DNA from: Balanoglossus misakiensis
Lineage: Eukaryota; Animalia; Hemichordata
Direction: 5' to 3'
DNA: 64,000 nucleotides
Assembly: GCA_040954595.2 (NCBI GenBank)
Contig: CM082588.2
Location: forward strand, 10,524,844-10,588,843
Shown here piece after piece: positions 1 to 14,978 of this stretch (position 1 is the stretch's first letter; each line of letters opens with the position of its first letter). The notes under the pieces are model-generated. The model made no database searches. It was not told the origin of the DNA and saw only the letters and a list, made by a program, of their open reading frames with translations. The position numbers and the translations under genes are program-made.

Positions 1-3000
1 TGATGATGCATCATGATAGATGGTGTTTCAAGCCCTTCACATTGACATTGGAATATAACGCATATGGGGATTTAAAGTTGATTGTATATCCTCAGGTTAA
101 TACGTGGCCATAAGCACTGTAATTTGACATTGCTAATGCAACGATGATATTGAATCTGATTCTTTGCATCAGGGTAAATGGCGATGCAAGCTTGATGATG
201 CATCCCGGTAGATAGTGATGCAAACACTTCACTTTGACATGGGTATTTAATGCATGCGCATTGATATTTAAAGTTGACTCTAAATCCCGAGGGTAATACA
301 TGGCCAAAAGCACTGTAATTTAAAATTACTAATGCAAGCGTGACATTGAATATGGATAAATGGTGAAGCAAACGTGATGATGCATCAGGATAGATGGTGT
401 TTGAAGCCCTTCACATTGACTTTTGAATATAATGCATATGGGGATTTAAAGTTGATTGTAAATCCCTAGGTTAATACATGGCCAAAAGCACTTTTATTTG
501 ACATTGCTAATGCAACGGTGACATTGAATCTGATTCTATGCATCAGGGTAAATGGCGATACAGGCTTGATGATGCATCACGGTAGATAGTGATGCAAACA
601 GTTCACTCTGACATGGGTATTAAATGCATATGGGGATTTCAAGTTGATTACAAATCCCTGGGTTAATACGCTCCCAAAAGCACTGTAGTTTGACATTGCT
701 AATGAAATGGTGACATTGAATCTGATTCTATGCATCAGGGTAAATGGCGATACAGGCTTGATGATGCATCACGGTAGATAGTGATGCAAACAGTTCACTC
801 TGACATGGGTATTAAATGCATATGGGGATTTCAAGTTGATTACAAATCCCTGGGTTAATACGCACCCAAAAGCACTGTAGTTTGACATTGCTAATGAAAT
901 GGTGACATTGAATGTAATTCTTTGCATTAGGGGAAATGGCTAAAAGTTTAATGATGCATTGGAGTAGATGGTGATGCAAGCTATGCATTTTGACATAGGT
1001 ATTTAATGCATGTGCATGGGTATTTAATGTTGACTGTAAATCCCTAGGTTAATACATGTCCAAAAGCACTGTAATTTAAAATTGCTAATGCAAGGGTGAC
1101 ATTGAATCTGATTCTTTGCATCAGGGCAAATTCTGAAGAATGCTTGATGATGCACCAGGGTCAATGGTGATGCAATCACTAAACTTTTACACCGGGGTTT
1201 AAAATGTATACAGGGGGATTAAAAGTTGACTGTAAATCCCCAGGTTAATACAAGTCCAAAAGCACTTTAATTTGACATTGCTAATACAACGGTGACATTT
1301 AATCTGATTCTTTGCATCAGGGAAAATGGTGAAGCAAGCTTAATAATGCATCGGAGTAAATGGTGATGCAAGCTCTGCACTTTGACATAGGTATTAAATG
1401 TATATGCATGGGTATTTAAAGTTGTCCGTAAATCCCGAGGTTAATACGTGGCCATAGGCACTGTAATTTGACATTGCTAATGCTACCGTGATACTAAATC
1501 TGATTCTTTGCATCAGGGTAAATTGTGAAGCAAGCTTGATGATGTATCATGATAGATGGTGTTTCAAGCCCTTCACATTGACATTGGAATATAACGCACA
1601 TGGGGATTTAAAGTTGATTGTATGGCCAAAAGCACTGTAATTTGACATTGCTAATGCTACAGTGACATTGAATCTGATTCTTTGCATTAGGGCAAATGGC
1701 GAAGCAAGCTTGATGATGCATCACGGTAGATATTGATGCAAGCACTTCGCTTTGACATAGGTATAAAATTCATATGGGGATTTCAAGTTGATTATAAATC
1801 CCTGGGTTAATATGTGGCCGAAAGCACTTTTATTTGCCATTGCTAATGCTATGGTGACACTGATTATTTGCATCAGGGTTAATGGCGAAGCAGCTTGATG
1901 ATGCATCAGGATAGATGGTGATGCAAGCTCTGCACTTTGACATGAGGATTAAATGCATGCTGAGGGGGATTTAAAGTTGTCAAAACAAACTTGATGATGC
2001 ATCAGGGTAGAAGGTATTTCAAGCCCTTCACATTGACATTGGAATATAACGCATATGGGGATTTAAAGTTGATTGTAAATCCCCAGGTTGATACGTGGCC
2101 ATAAGCACTGTAGTTTGACATTGCTAATGCTACCGTGACATTAAATCTGATTCTTTCCATCGGGGTAAATTGTGAAGCAAGCTTGATGATGCATCAGGAC
2201 AGATGGTGTTTCAAGCCCTTCACATTGACAATGGAATATAACGCATATGGGGATTTAAAGTTGATTGAAAATCCCTAGGTTAATACATGGCCAAAAGCAC
2301 TGTAATTTAAAATTGCAAATGCAATGGTGACATTGAATGTCATTCTTTGCATTAGGGGAAATGGCGTAGCAAGCATAATGGTACATCAGAGTAGATGGTG
2401 ATGCAAGCTCTGCACTTTGACATAGATATTTAATGCATATGCATGGGTATTTAATGTCGACTGTAAATCCCCAGGTTAATATATGTCCAAAAGCACTGTA
2501 ATTTAAAATTGCTAATGCAAGGGTGACATTGAATCTGATTCTTTGCATTATGGGGAATGGCGATGCAAACCTAATGATGCATCAGAGTAGATGGTGATGC
2601 AAGCTCTGCACTTTGACATAGGTATTTAATGTATATGCATGGGTATTTAAAGTTGTCTGTAAATTCCCAGGTTAATACGTGGCAATAAGCACTGTAATTT
2701 GACATTGCTAATGAAATGGTGACGCTGAATGTGATTTTTTGCATCAGGGTAAATTGTGAAGCAAGCTTGATGATGCATCAGGATAGATGGTGTTTCAAGC
2801 CCTTCACTTGACATTGGAATATAACGCATATGGGGATTTAAAGTTAATTGCAAATCCATAGGTTAATACATGGCCAAAAACACTGTAATTTAAAATTGCT
2901 AATGCAATGGTGACATTGAATGTGATTCTTTGCATTAGGGGAAATGGCGTAGCAAGCCTAATGGTGCATCAGAGTAAATGGTGATGCAAGCTCTACACTT

Positions 3001-6000
3001 TGACATAGGTATTTAATGGATATGCATGGGTATTTAATGTTGACTGTAAATCCTCAGGTTAATACGTGGCCATAAGCACTGTAATTTGACATTGCTAATG
3101 CAACGGTGACATTGAATCTGATTCTTTGCATAAGGGTGAATGGCGATGCAAGCTTGATGATGCATCACGGTAGATAGTGATGCAAACACTTCACTTTGAC
3201 ATGGGTATCAAATGCATATAGGGATTTGCTAATGCTACCATGACACTAAATCTGATTTTTTGCATCAGGGAAAATGGTGAAGCAAGCTTGATGATGCATC
3301 ATGATAGATGGTGTTTCAAGCCCTTCACATTGACATTAGAATATAATGCATATGGGGATTTAAAGTTGATTGTAAATCCCCAGGTTAGTATACGGCCAAA
3401 CGCACTATAATTTGACATTGCTAATGCAACAGTGACATTGAATCTGATTCTTTGCATTAGGGCAAATGGCGAAGCAAGCTTGATGATGCATCACGGTAGA
3501 TATTGATGCAAGCACTTCGCTTTGACATAGGTATAAAATTCATATAGGGATTTCAAGTTGATTATAAATCCCTGGGTTAATATGTGGCCGAAAGCACTTT
3601 TATTTGCCATTGCTAATGCTATGGCGACACTAAATCTGATTCTTTGCATCAGGGTAAATTGTGAAGAAAGCTTGATGATGCATCAGTATAGATGGTGTTT
3701 CAAGCCGTTCAAGTTAACATTGCAATATAATGCATATGGGGATTTGAAGTTGATTGTAAACCCGCAAGTTAATACATGGCCAAATGCTCAGTAATTTGAC
3801 ATTGCTGATGCTATGGTGACACTGATTATTTGCATCAGGGTTAATGGCGAAACAAACTTGATGATGCATCAGGGTAGATGGTATTTCAAGCCCTTCACAT
3901 TGACATTGGAATATAATGCATATGGGGATTTAAAGTTGATTGTAAATCCCCAGGTTAATACATAGCCAAAAGCACTGTAATTTGACATGGCTAATGCTAC
4001 TGTGATACTAAATCTGATTCTTTGCATCAGGGCATATAGCGAAGCATGCTTGGTGATGCATCAGGATCAATGGTGATGGAGACACTGCACTTTGACATGC
4101 GTATTTAATGCATATGCACATATGTTTAAAGTTGACTGTAAATCGCCAGGTTAATACGTGGCCAAAAGCACAGTAATTTGACATTGCGAATGCAACAGTG
4201 ACATTTAATCTGATTCTTTGCATTAAGGCAAATGGCGAAGCATGCTTGACGATGCATCACAGTAGATAGTGATGCAAACACTTCGCTTAGACATGGGTAT
4301 AAAAAGCATATAGGGATTTCAAATAGATTATAAATCCCTGTGTTAATACGTGTCCAAAAGCACTGTAATTTGACATTGCTTATGCAATGGTGACACTATA
4401 TCTGATTCTTTGCATCAGGGCAAATGGCGAAGCAGCTTGATGATGCATCAGGATAGATGGTGATGCAAGCTCTGCACTTTGACATGGGAATTAAATGCAT
4501 GCTGAGGGGGATTTAAAGTTGTCAAAACAAACTTGATGATGCATCAGGGTAGATGGTATTTCAAGCCCTTCACATTGACATTGGAATATAACGCATATGG
4601 GGATTTAAAGTTGATTGTAAATCCCCAGGTTGATACGTGGCCATAAGCACTGTAATTTAAAATTACTAATGCAAGGGTGACATTGAATATGGATAAATGG
4701 TGAAGCAAACGTGATGATGCATCAGGATAGATGGTGTTCCAAGCCTTCACATTGACTTTTGAATATAATGCATATGGGGATTTAAAGTTGATTGTAAATC
4801 CCTAGGTTAATAATGGCCAAAAGCACTTTTATTTGACATTGCTAATGCAACGGTGACATTGAATCTGATTCTATGCATAAGGGTAAATGGCGATGCAGGC
4901 TTGATGATGCATCACGGTAGATAGTGATGCAAACAGTTCACTTTGACATGGGTATTAAATGCATATGGGGATTTCAAGTTGATTACAAATCCTTGGGTTA
5001 ATACGCATCCAAAAGCACTGTAATTTGACATTGCTAATGAAATGGTGACATTGAATGTAATTCTTTGCATTAGGGGAAATGGCTAAGCAAGCTTAATGAT
5101 GCATTGGAGTAGATGGTGATGCAAGCTATGCATTTTGACATAGGTATTTAATGCATGTGCATGGGTATTTAATGTTGACTGTAAATCCCTAGGTTAATAC
5201 ATGTCCAAAAGCACTGTAATTTAAAATTGCTAATGCAAGGGTGACATTGAATCTGATTCTTTGCATCAGGGCAAATTCTGAAGAATGCTTGATGATGCAC
5301 CAGGGTCAATGGTGATGCAATCACTAAACTTTGACACCGGGGTTTAAAATGTATACAGGGGGATTAAAAGTTGACTGTAAATCCCTTGGTTAATACAAGT
5401 CCAAAAGCACTTTAATTTGACATTGCTAATACAACGGTGACATTTAATCTGATTCTTTGCATCAGGGAAAATGGCGAAGCAAGCTTAATAATGCATTGGA
5501 GTATATGGTGATGCAAGCTCTGCATTTTGACATAGGTATTAAATGTATATGCAAGGGTATTTAAAGTTGTCCGTACATCCCGAGGTTAATACGTGGCCAT
5601 AGGCACTGTAATTTGACATTGCTAATGCTACCGTGATACTAAATCTGATTCTTTGCATCAGGGAAAATGGTGAAGCAAGCTTGATGATGCATCAGGATAG
5701 ATGGTGTTTCAAGCCCTTCACATTGACATTAGAATATAATGCATATGGGGATTTAAAGTTGATTGTAAATCCCCAGGTTAGTATACGGCCAAACGAACTG
5801 TAATTTGACATTGCTAATGCAAGGGTGACATTGAATCTGATTCTTTGCATTAGGGCAAATGGCGAAGCAAGCTTGATGATGCATCACGGTAGATATTGAT
5901 GCAAGCACTTCGCTTTGACATAGGTATAAAATTCATATGGGGATTTCAAGTTGATTATAAATCCCTGGGTTAATATGTGGCCGAAAGCACTTTTATTTGC

Positions 6001-9000
6001 CATTGCTAATGCTATGGTGACACTGATTATTTGCATCAGGGTTAATGGCGAAACAAACTTGATGATGCATCAGGGTAGATGGTTTTTCAAGCCCTTCACA
6101 TTGACATTGGAATATAATGCATATGGGGATTTAAAGTTGATTATAAATCCCGATGTTTATACATGGCCAAAAGCACAGTAATTTGACATTGCTAATGCAA
6201 TGGTGACATTGAATCTGATTCTTTGCATCAGCGTAAATGGCGAAGCATGCTTGATGATGCATCACAGTAGATAGTGATGCAAACACTTCGCTTAGACATG
6301 GGTATAAAAAGCATATAGGGATTTCAAGTAGATTATAAATCCCTGTGTTAATACGTGTCCAAAAGCACTGTAATTTGACATTGCTAATGCAATGTTGACA
6401 CTATATCTGATTCTTTGCATCAGGGCAAATGGGGAAGCAGCTTGATGATGGATCAGGGTAGATGGTATTTCAAGCCCTTCACATTGACATTGGAATATAA
6501 CGCATATGGGGATTTAAAGTTGATTGTAAATCCCCAGGTTGATACGTGGCCATAAGCACTGTAGTTTGACATTGCTAATGCTACCGTGACATTAAATCTG
6601 ATTCTTTCCATCGGGGTAAATTGTGAAGCAAGCTTGATGATGCATCAGGACAGATGGTGTTTCAAGCCCTTCACATTGACAATGGAATATAACGCATATG
6701 GGGATTTAAAGTTGATTGAAAATCCCTAGGTTAATACATGTCCAAAAGCACTGTAATTTAAAATTGCTAATGCAAGGGTGACATTGAATCTGATTCTTTG
6801 CATTAGGGGGAATGGCGATGCAAACCTAATGATGCATCAGAGTAGATGGTGATGCAAGCTCTGCACTTTGACATAGGTATTTAATGTATATGCATGGGTA
6901 TTTAAAGTTGTCTGTAAATTCCCAGGTTAATACGTGGCAATAAGCTCTGTAATTTGACATTGCTAATGAAATGGTGACGCTGAATGTGATTTTTTGCATC
7001 AGGGTAAATTGTGAAGCAAGCTTGATGATGCATCAGGATAGATGGTGTTTCAAGCCCTTCACTTGACATTGGAATATAACGCATATGGGGATTTAAAGTT
7101 AATTGCAAATCCATAGGTTAATACATGGCCAAAAACACTGTAATTTAAAATTGCTAATGCAATGGTGACATTGAATGTGATTCTTTGCATTAGGGGAAAT
7201 GGCGTAGCAAGCCTAATGGTGCATCAGAGTAAATGGTGATGCAAGCTCTGCACTTTGACATAGGTATTTAATGTATATGCATGGGTATTTAAAGTTGTCT
7301 GTAAATTCCCAGGTTAATACGTGGCAATAAGCACTGTAATTTGACATTGCTAATGAAATGGTGACGCTGAATGTGATTTTTTGCATCAGGGTAAATTGTG
7401 AAGCAAGCTTGATGATGCATCAGGATAGATGGTGTTTCAAGCCCTTCACTTGACATTGGAATATAACGCATATGGGGATTTAAAGTTAATTGCAAATCCA
7501 TAGGTTAATACATGGCCAAAAACACTGTAATTTAAAATTGCTAATGCAATGGTGACATTGAATGTGATTCTTTGCATTAGGGGAAATGGCGTAGCAAGCC
7601 TAATGGTGCATCAGAGTAAATGGTGATGCAAGCTCTGCACTTTGACATAGGTATTTAATGGATATGCATGGGTATTTAATGTTGACTGTAAATCCTCAGG
7701 TTAATACGTGGCCATAAGCACTGTAATTTGACATTGCTAATGCAACGGTGACATTGAATCTGATTCTTTGCATAAGGGTGAATGGCGATGCAAGCTTGAT
7801 GATGCATCACGGTAGATAGTGATGCAAACACTTCACTTTGACATGGGTATCAAATGCATATGGGGATTTGCTAATGCTACCATGACACTAAATCTGATTT
7901 TTTGCATCAGGGAAAATGGTGAAGCAAGCTTGATGATGCATCATGATAGATGGTGTTTCAAGCCCTTCACATTGATATTAGAATATAATGCATATGGGGA
8001 TTTAAAGTTGATTGTAAATCCCCAGGTTAGTATACGGCCAAACGCACTATAATTTGACATTGCTAATGCAACAGTGACATTGAATCTGATTCTTTGCATT
8101 AGGGCAAATGGCGAAGCAAGCTTGATGATGCATCACGGTAGATATTGATGCAAGCACTTCGCTTTGACATAGGTATAAAATTCATATAGGGATTTCAAGT
8201 TGATTATAAATCCCTGGGTTAATATGTGGCCGAAAGCACTTTTATTTGCCATTGCTAATGCTATGGCGACACTAAATCTGATTCTTTGCATCAGGGTAAA
8301 TTGTGAAGAAAGCTTGATGATGCATCAGTATAGATGGTGTTTCAAGCCGTTCAAGTTAACATTGCAATATAATGCATATGGGGATTTGAAGTTGATTGTA
8401 AACCCGCAAGTTAATACATGGCCAAATGCTCAGTAATTTGACATTGCTGATGCTATGGTGACACTGATTATTTGCATCAGGGTTAATGGCGAAACAAACT
8501 TGATGATGCATCAGGGTAGATGGTATTTCAAGCCCTTCACATTGACATTGGAATATAATGCATATGGGGATTTAAAGTTGATTGTAAATCCCCAGGTTAA
8601 TACATAGCCAAAAGCACTGTAATTTGACATGGCTAATGCTACTGTGATACTAAATCTGATTCTTTGCATCAGGGCATATAGCGAAGCATGCTTGGTGATG
8701 CATCAGGATCAATGGTGATGGAGACACTGCACTTTGACATGCGTATTTAATGCATATGCACAGATGTTTAAAGTTGACTGTAAATCGCCAGGTTAATACG
8801 TGGCCAAAAGCACAGTAATTTGACATTGCGAATGCAACAGTGACATTTAATCTGATTCTTTGCATTAAGGCAAATGGCGAAGCATGCTTGACGATGCATC
8901 ACAGTAGATAGTGATGCAAACACTTCGCTTAGACATGGGTATAAAAAGCATATAGGGATTTCAAATAGATTATAAATCCCTGTGTTAATACGTGTCCAAA

Positions 9001-12000
9001 AGCACTGTAATTTGACATTGCTTATGCAATGGTGACACTATATCTGATTCTTTGCATCAGGGCAAATGGCGAAGCAGCTTGATGATGCATCAGGATAGAT
9101 GGTGATGCAAGCTCTGCACTTTGACATGGGGATTAAATGCATGCTGAGGGGGATTTAAAGTTGTCAAAACAAACTTGATGATGCATCAGGGTAGATGGTA
9201 TTTCAAGCCCTTCACATTGACATTGGAATATAACGCATATGGGGATTTAAAGTTGATTGTAAATCCCCAGGTTGATACGTGGCCATAAGCACTGTAGTTT
9301 GACATTGCTAATGCTACCGTGACATTAAATCTGATTCTTTCCATCGGGGTAAATTGTGAAGCAAGCTTGATGATGCATCAGGACAGATGGTGTTTCAAGC
9401 CCTTCACATTGACAATGGAATATAACGCATATGGGGATTTAAAGTTGATTGAAAATCCCTAGGTTAATACATGGCCAAAAGCACTGTAATTTACAATTGC
9501 AAATGCAATGGTGACATTGAATGTCATTCTTTGCATTAGGGGAAATGGCGTAGCGAGCATAATGGTGCATCAGAGTAGATGGTGATGCAAGCTATGCATT
9601 GTGACATAGGTATTTAATGCCTATGCATGGGTATTTAATGTTGACTGTAAATCCCCAGGTTAATACATGTCCAAAAGCACTGTAATTTAAAATTGCTAAT
9701 GCAAGGGTGATATTGAATCTGATTCTTTGCATCAGGGCAAATTCTGAAGAATGCTTGATGATGCACCAGGGTCAATGATGATGCAATCACTAAACTTTGA
9801 CACCGGGGTTTAAAATGTATACAGGGGGATTAAAAGTTGACTGTAAATCCCCAGGTTTCAAGCCCTTCACATTGACATTGGAATATAACGCATACGGGGA
9901 TTTAAAGTTGATTATAAATCCCCAGGTTAATACATGGCCAAAAGCAATGGTGACATTGAATGTGATTCTTTGCATTAGGGGAAATGGCGTAGCAAGCCTA
10001 ATGGTGCATCAGAGTAGATGGTGATGCAAGCTCTGCATTTTGACATAGGTATTAAATGTATATGCAAGGGTATTTAAAGTTGTCCGTACATCCCGAGGTT
10101 AATACGTGGCCATAGGCACTGTAATTTGACATTGCTAATGCTACCGTGATACTAAATCTGATTCTTTGCATCAGGGAAAATGGTGAAGCAAGCTTGATGA
10201 TGCATCAGGATAGATGGTGTTTCAAGCCCTTCACATTGACATTAGAATATAATGCATATGGGGATTTAAAGTTGATTGTAAATCCCCAGGTTAGTAAACG
10301 GCCAAACGAACTGTAATTTGACATTGCTAATGCTACAGTGACATTGAATCTGATTCTTTGCATTAGGGCAAATGGCGAAGCAAGCTTGATGATGCATCAC
10401 GGTAGATATTGATGCAAGCACTTCGCTTTGACATAGGTATAAAATTCATATGGGGATTTCAAGTTGATTATAAATCCCTGGGTTAATATGTGGCCGAAAG
10501 CACTTTTATTTGCCATTGCTAATGCTATGGTGACACTGATTATTTGCATCAGGGTTAATGGCGAAACAAACTTGATGATGCATCAGGGTAGATGGTTTTT
10601 CAAGCCCTTCACATTGACATTGGAATATAATGCATATGGGGATTTAAAGTTGACTGTAAATCGCCAGGTTAATACGTGGCCAAAAGCACAGTAATTTGAC
10701 ATTGCGAATGCAACAGTGACATTTAATGTGATTCTTTGCATTAGGGCAAATGGCGAAGCATGCTTGACGATGCATTACTGTAGATAGTGATGCAAACACT
10801 TCGCTTTGACATGGGTATAAAAAGCATATGGGGATTTCAAGTTGATAATAAATCCCGATGTTTATACATGGCCAAAAGCACTGTAATTTGACATTGCTAA
10901 TGCAATGGTGACATTGAATCTGATTCTTTGCATCAGCGTAAATGGCGAAGCATGCTTGATGATGCATCACAGTAGATAGTGATGCAAACACTTCGCTTAG
11001 ACATGGGTATAAAAAGCATATAGGGATTTCAAGTAGATTATAAATCCCTGTGTTAATACGTGTCCAAAAGCACTGTAATTTGACATTGCTAATGCCATGT
11101 TGACATTATATCTGATTCTTTGCATCAGGGCAAATGGGGAAGCAGCTTGATGATGGATCAGGGTAGATGGTATTTCAAGCCCTTCACATTGACATTGGAA
11201 TATAACGCATATGGGGATTTAAAGTTGATTGTAAATCCCCAGGTTAATACGTGGCCATAATCACTGTAATTTGACATTGCTAATGAAATGGTGACGCTGA
11301 ATGTGATTTTTTTGCATCAGGGTAAATTGTGAAGCAAGCTTGATGATGCATCAGGATAGATGGTGTTTCAAGCACTTCACTTGACATTGGAATATAACGC
11401 ATATGGGGATTTAAAGTTAATTGCAAATCCCTAGGTTAATACATGGCCAAAAACACTGTAATTTAAAATTGCTAATGCAATGGTGACATTGAATGTGATT
11501 CTTTGCATCAGGGCAAATGGCGAAGCAGCTTGATGATGCATCAGGATAGATGGTGATGCAAGCTCTGCACTTTGACATAGGTATTTAATGTATATGCATG
11601 GGTATTTAAAGTTGTCTGTAAATTCCCAGGTTAATACGTGGCCATAAGCACTGTAATTTGACATTGCTAATGCAACGATGATATTGAATCTGATTCTTTG
11701 CATCAGGGTAAATGGCGATGCAAGCTTGATGATGCATCACGGTAGATAGGGATGCAAACACTTCACTTTGACGTGGGTGTTAAATGCATATGGGGATTTG
11801 CTAATGCTACCGTGACACTAAATCTGATTCTTTGCATCAGGGAAAATGGTGAAGCAAGCTTGATGATGCATCAGGATAGATGGTGTTTCAAGCCCTTCAC
11901 ATTGACATTAGAATATAATGCATATGGGGATTTAAAGTTGATTGTAAATCCCCAGGTTAGTATACGGCCAAACGAACTGTAATTTGACATTGCTAATGCT

Positions 12001-13247
12001 ACAGTGACATTGAATCTGATTCTTTGCATTAGGGCAAATGGCGAAGCAAGCTTGATGATGCATCACGGTAGATATTGATGCAAGCACTTCGCTTTGACAT
12101 GGGTATAAAATTCATATGGGGATTTCAAGTTGATTATAAATCCCTGGGTTAATATGTGGCCGAAAACACTTTTATTTGCCATTGCTAATGCTATGGCGAC
12201 ACTAAATCTGATTCTTTGCATCAGGGTAAATTGTAAAGAAAGCTTGATGATGCATCAGTATAGATGGTGTTTCAAGCCGTTCAAGTTAACATTGCAATAT
12301 AATGCATATGGGGATTTAAAGTTGATTGTAAACCCCCAAGTTAATACATGGCCAAACGCTCAGTAAATTGACATTGCTAATGCTATGGTGACACTGATTA
12401 TTTGCATCAGGGTTAATGGCGAAACAAACTTGATGATGCATCAGGGTAGATGGTATTTCAAGCCCTTCACATTGACATTGGCATATAATGCATATGGGGA
12501 TTTAAAGTTGAGTGTAAATCCCTAGGTTAATACATAGCCAAAAGCACTGTAATTTGACATGGCTAATGCTACTGTGATACTAAATCTGATTCTTTGCACC
12601 AGGGCATATAACGAAGCATGCTTGATGATGCATCAGGATCAATGGTGATGGAGACACTGCACTTTGACATGTGTATTTAATGCATATGCACTGATGTTTA
12701 AAGTTGACTGTAAATCGCCAGGTTAATATGTGGCCAAAAGCACAGTAATTTGACATTGCGAATGCAATGGTGACATTGAATCTGATTCTTTGCATTACGG
12801 CAAATGGCGAAGCATGCTTGACGATGCATTACTGTAGATAGTGATGCAAACACTTCGCTTTGACATGGGTATAAAAAGCATATGGGGATTTCAAGTTGAT
12901 TATAAATCCCGATGTTAATACCTGGCCAAAAGCACTGTAATTTGACATTGCTAATGCAATGGTGACACTATATCTGATTCTTTGCATCAGGGCAAATGGC
13001 GAAGCAGCTTGATGATGCATCAGGATAGATGGTGATGCAAGCTCTGCACTTTGACATGGGTATAAAATGCTTGCTGAAGGGGATTTAAAGTTGTCAAAAC
13101 AAACTTGATGATGCATCAGGGTAGATGGTATTTCAAGCCCTTCACATTGACATTGGAATATGGTGCATATGTGGATTTAAAGTTGATTGTAAATCCCCAG
13201 GTTAATACGTGGCCAAAAGCACTGTAATTTGACATTTCTAATGATGG
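1..13247. repeat. Satellite 1: tandem array of ~192-bp monomers with higher-order structure
   Basis: TGATGATGCATC recurs at 1, 193, 375, 567, 759 (period 192, some deleted monomers). Several monomer variants alternate. Identical spurious ORFs recur at a 4642-bp offset (2647/7289, 3558/8200, 4008/8650). The array continues off the left edge. Confidence 0.97.
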
Positions 13248-13381
13248 TGAGATGTTGTTTGCTCCCCAGGGAGTTGAATGGAATAGTAAGGTCCAACGAC
13301 CTAGGTCAAATTACCATGGGACAACTTTAAAGCATGTTGAGATTTAATGTGCTACATAAGTTATAAATATTATATTAATAT
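13248..13381 (+). mobile_element. 3' half of tRNA-derived SINE fused to the satellite end
   Basis: gatgttgtttgctccccagggagttgaatggaat...gacctaggtcaaattaccatggg...aatgtgctacataagttataaatatta matches the 3' part of the full SINE at 14979-15312. Confidence 0.8.
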
Positions 13382-14017
13382 TTAGGGGTTATTACACGAA
13401 TTTTGGTCGATAACGCGTCGTATTCGAGTGATGTCCGTATTTTGATGAGTTGCGCTTCGCAACGAGTCAAAATACAGACATCACGAGAATGCGTCGCGTT
13501 ATCGACCAAAATTCGTGTAATAACCTCTTTATCATACATGCCTACCTATAAAACAGTACGATTTGCAGAAATGCGCCGAGAAAAATAATTTCAAATTTGA
13601 ACCGGGCGCTGGGATCACGGCAGTAGCCATGTTGTGACGTATGACGTGTGGGCCGTAGTATCATTTTAAGGGGGTTGGCAGCTTTCATTACGATGGGCAC
13701 ATCCACATTCTAAATAAAATTGTCTACGTTCTCTTTCAAAATATCATGTTAACAATTATTTTGCATTGAGAATTTCGAAGAACTAAAACTGATGCATTCA
13801 ACATGACAAAACCGCCAGCTTTGAAAACTTTATTACAGCTTCTAATAACCGAATTTTACAACACCCCTCTCCACTATGCCCCGTGTGTCGCTCGCGCGCG
13901 CAGTGAACTGTCACGCCGAGACGTGGACGCGATATTTTCACATTGTGAAATACCGTAAAATATCTTCGGGGCGAGAACAATAGAAAGTGTTAAATACAGG
14001 CGTTGCATGTATGATAA
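13382..14017. mobile_element. Non-autonomous element with a terminal ~140-bp hairpin and 13-bp inner inverted repeats, no obvious TSD
   Basis: Hairpin 13387-13525; IR ttatcatacatgc (13529-13541) / gcatgtatgataa (14005-14017). The paralogous empty site at ~16010-16030 (attaatat|tattacataa) defines the boundaries. Confidence 0.8.
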
Positions 14018-14978
14018 TATTACATAAACAACACTCTTACTTAGCTAAGGAAGTGGTCAGGTGAAATATATTTGCAGAGCTGACCAATTCTTTAAGGAAA
14101 ATTAAAGTTGGGTATTTTGGATGTATTCATACCTACAAACTGTGTTATGTATGGGACGTTGATGTTGCCTAATACGTCTCCACATTAACTTGAATTATTA
14201 ACAGCAGCTATACAAGGCAGCGTATGGAAAGATCATTGTAAGACATACACAACACTTTTATGGAGCATGGGAAATGTTCATGAGAACTGTGTTCTCGGAG
14301 CTCAAAACTGTGTTATGAGAAATTCAAGCTGCTAAACTTGCGTGTCTCTAAATTTACTGAAACCGTGATAATGAGCAAAAGAAGGCAACGTATAGGAATG
14401 CCATTCTACCACATACTGTTACTCAACACTTCTATTAAGCATGGGAAATAGTATTGAGAACAGTATTCTCAAAGTTGACAAACTGTGTTATGTGTAGAAT
14501 ATCCAAATTGCCTAATTGGCAATCGTTAGCAACCAGTTGTCTTCAAGAGGGTTTGGGGCACCAACCTCAACATGCTTTAAGTCTTTAGTGATCTAGCAAG
14601 TTAGCCTGCATATCGAGCAACTGTTAATGGAGTGAGTTGCTCAATGATAGGAAACTCCTTTGTTCATTTTCAAAATAAAAACCAAAAATGTGAACAAAAC
14701 ACACTGAATTATGTATGGGATATATGGGATTGCCTAATTTGCGTGTCTCCACATTTACTTAAACTCTCACAGGGAGACAAATGTCACAGCAGACGGAAAA
14801 ATGATTATGCCACACACAGCACTTTTATTTAGCACGGGAACTGGTCTTGGGAAATGGGAGCTGACACACTGAATTTTTGGAAATTCAAAGAGCCTAATAT
14901 GCATGTTTCCATATTTGCTTAAACCCTGACTGAGAGCTGAACAAGGCACTAAATGGAAAGGTCATTGTGCCACATAAA

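Noticed and set aside
72-13116. Dozens of similar 60-115-aa ORFs (MHHQA..., MIINPWVNMW...)
   Set aside because: They are translations of a 192-bp (multiple of 3) satellite on both strands, with frequent stops and no domain.
1-13247. CRISPR-like array (palindromic repeats at regular spacing)
   Set aside because: There are no unique spacers: the whole monomer repeats. The context is eukaryotic and there are no cas genes.
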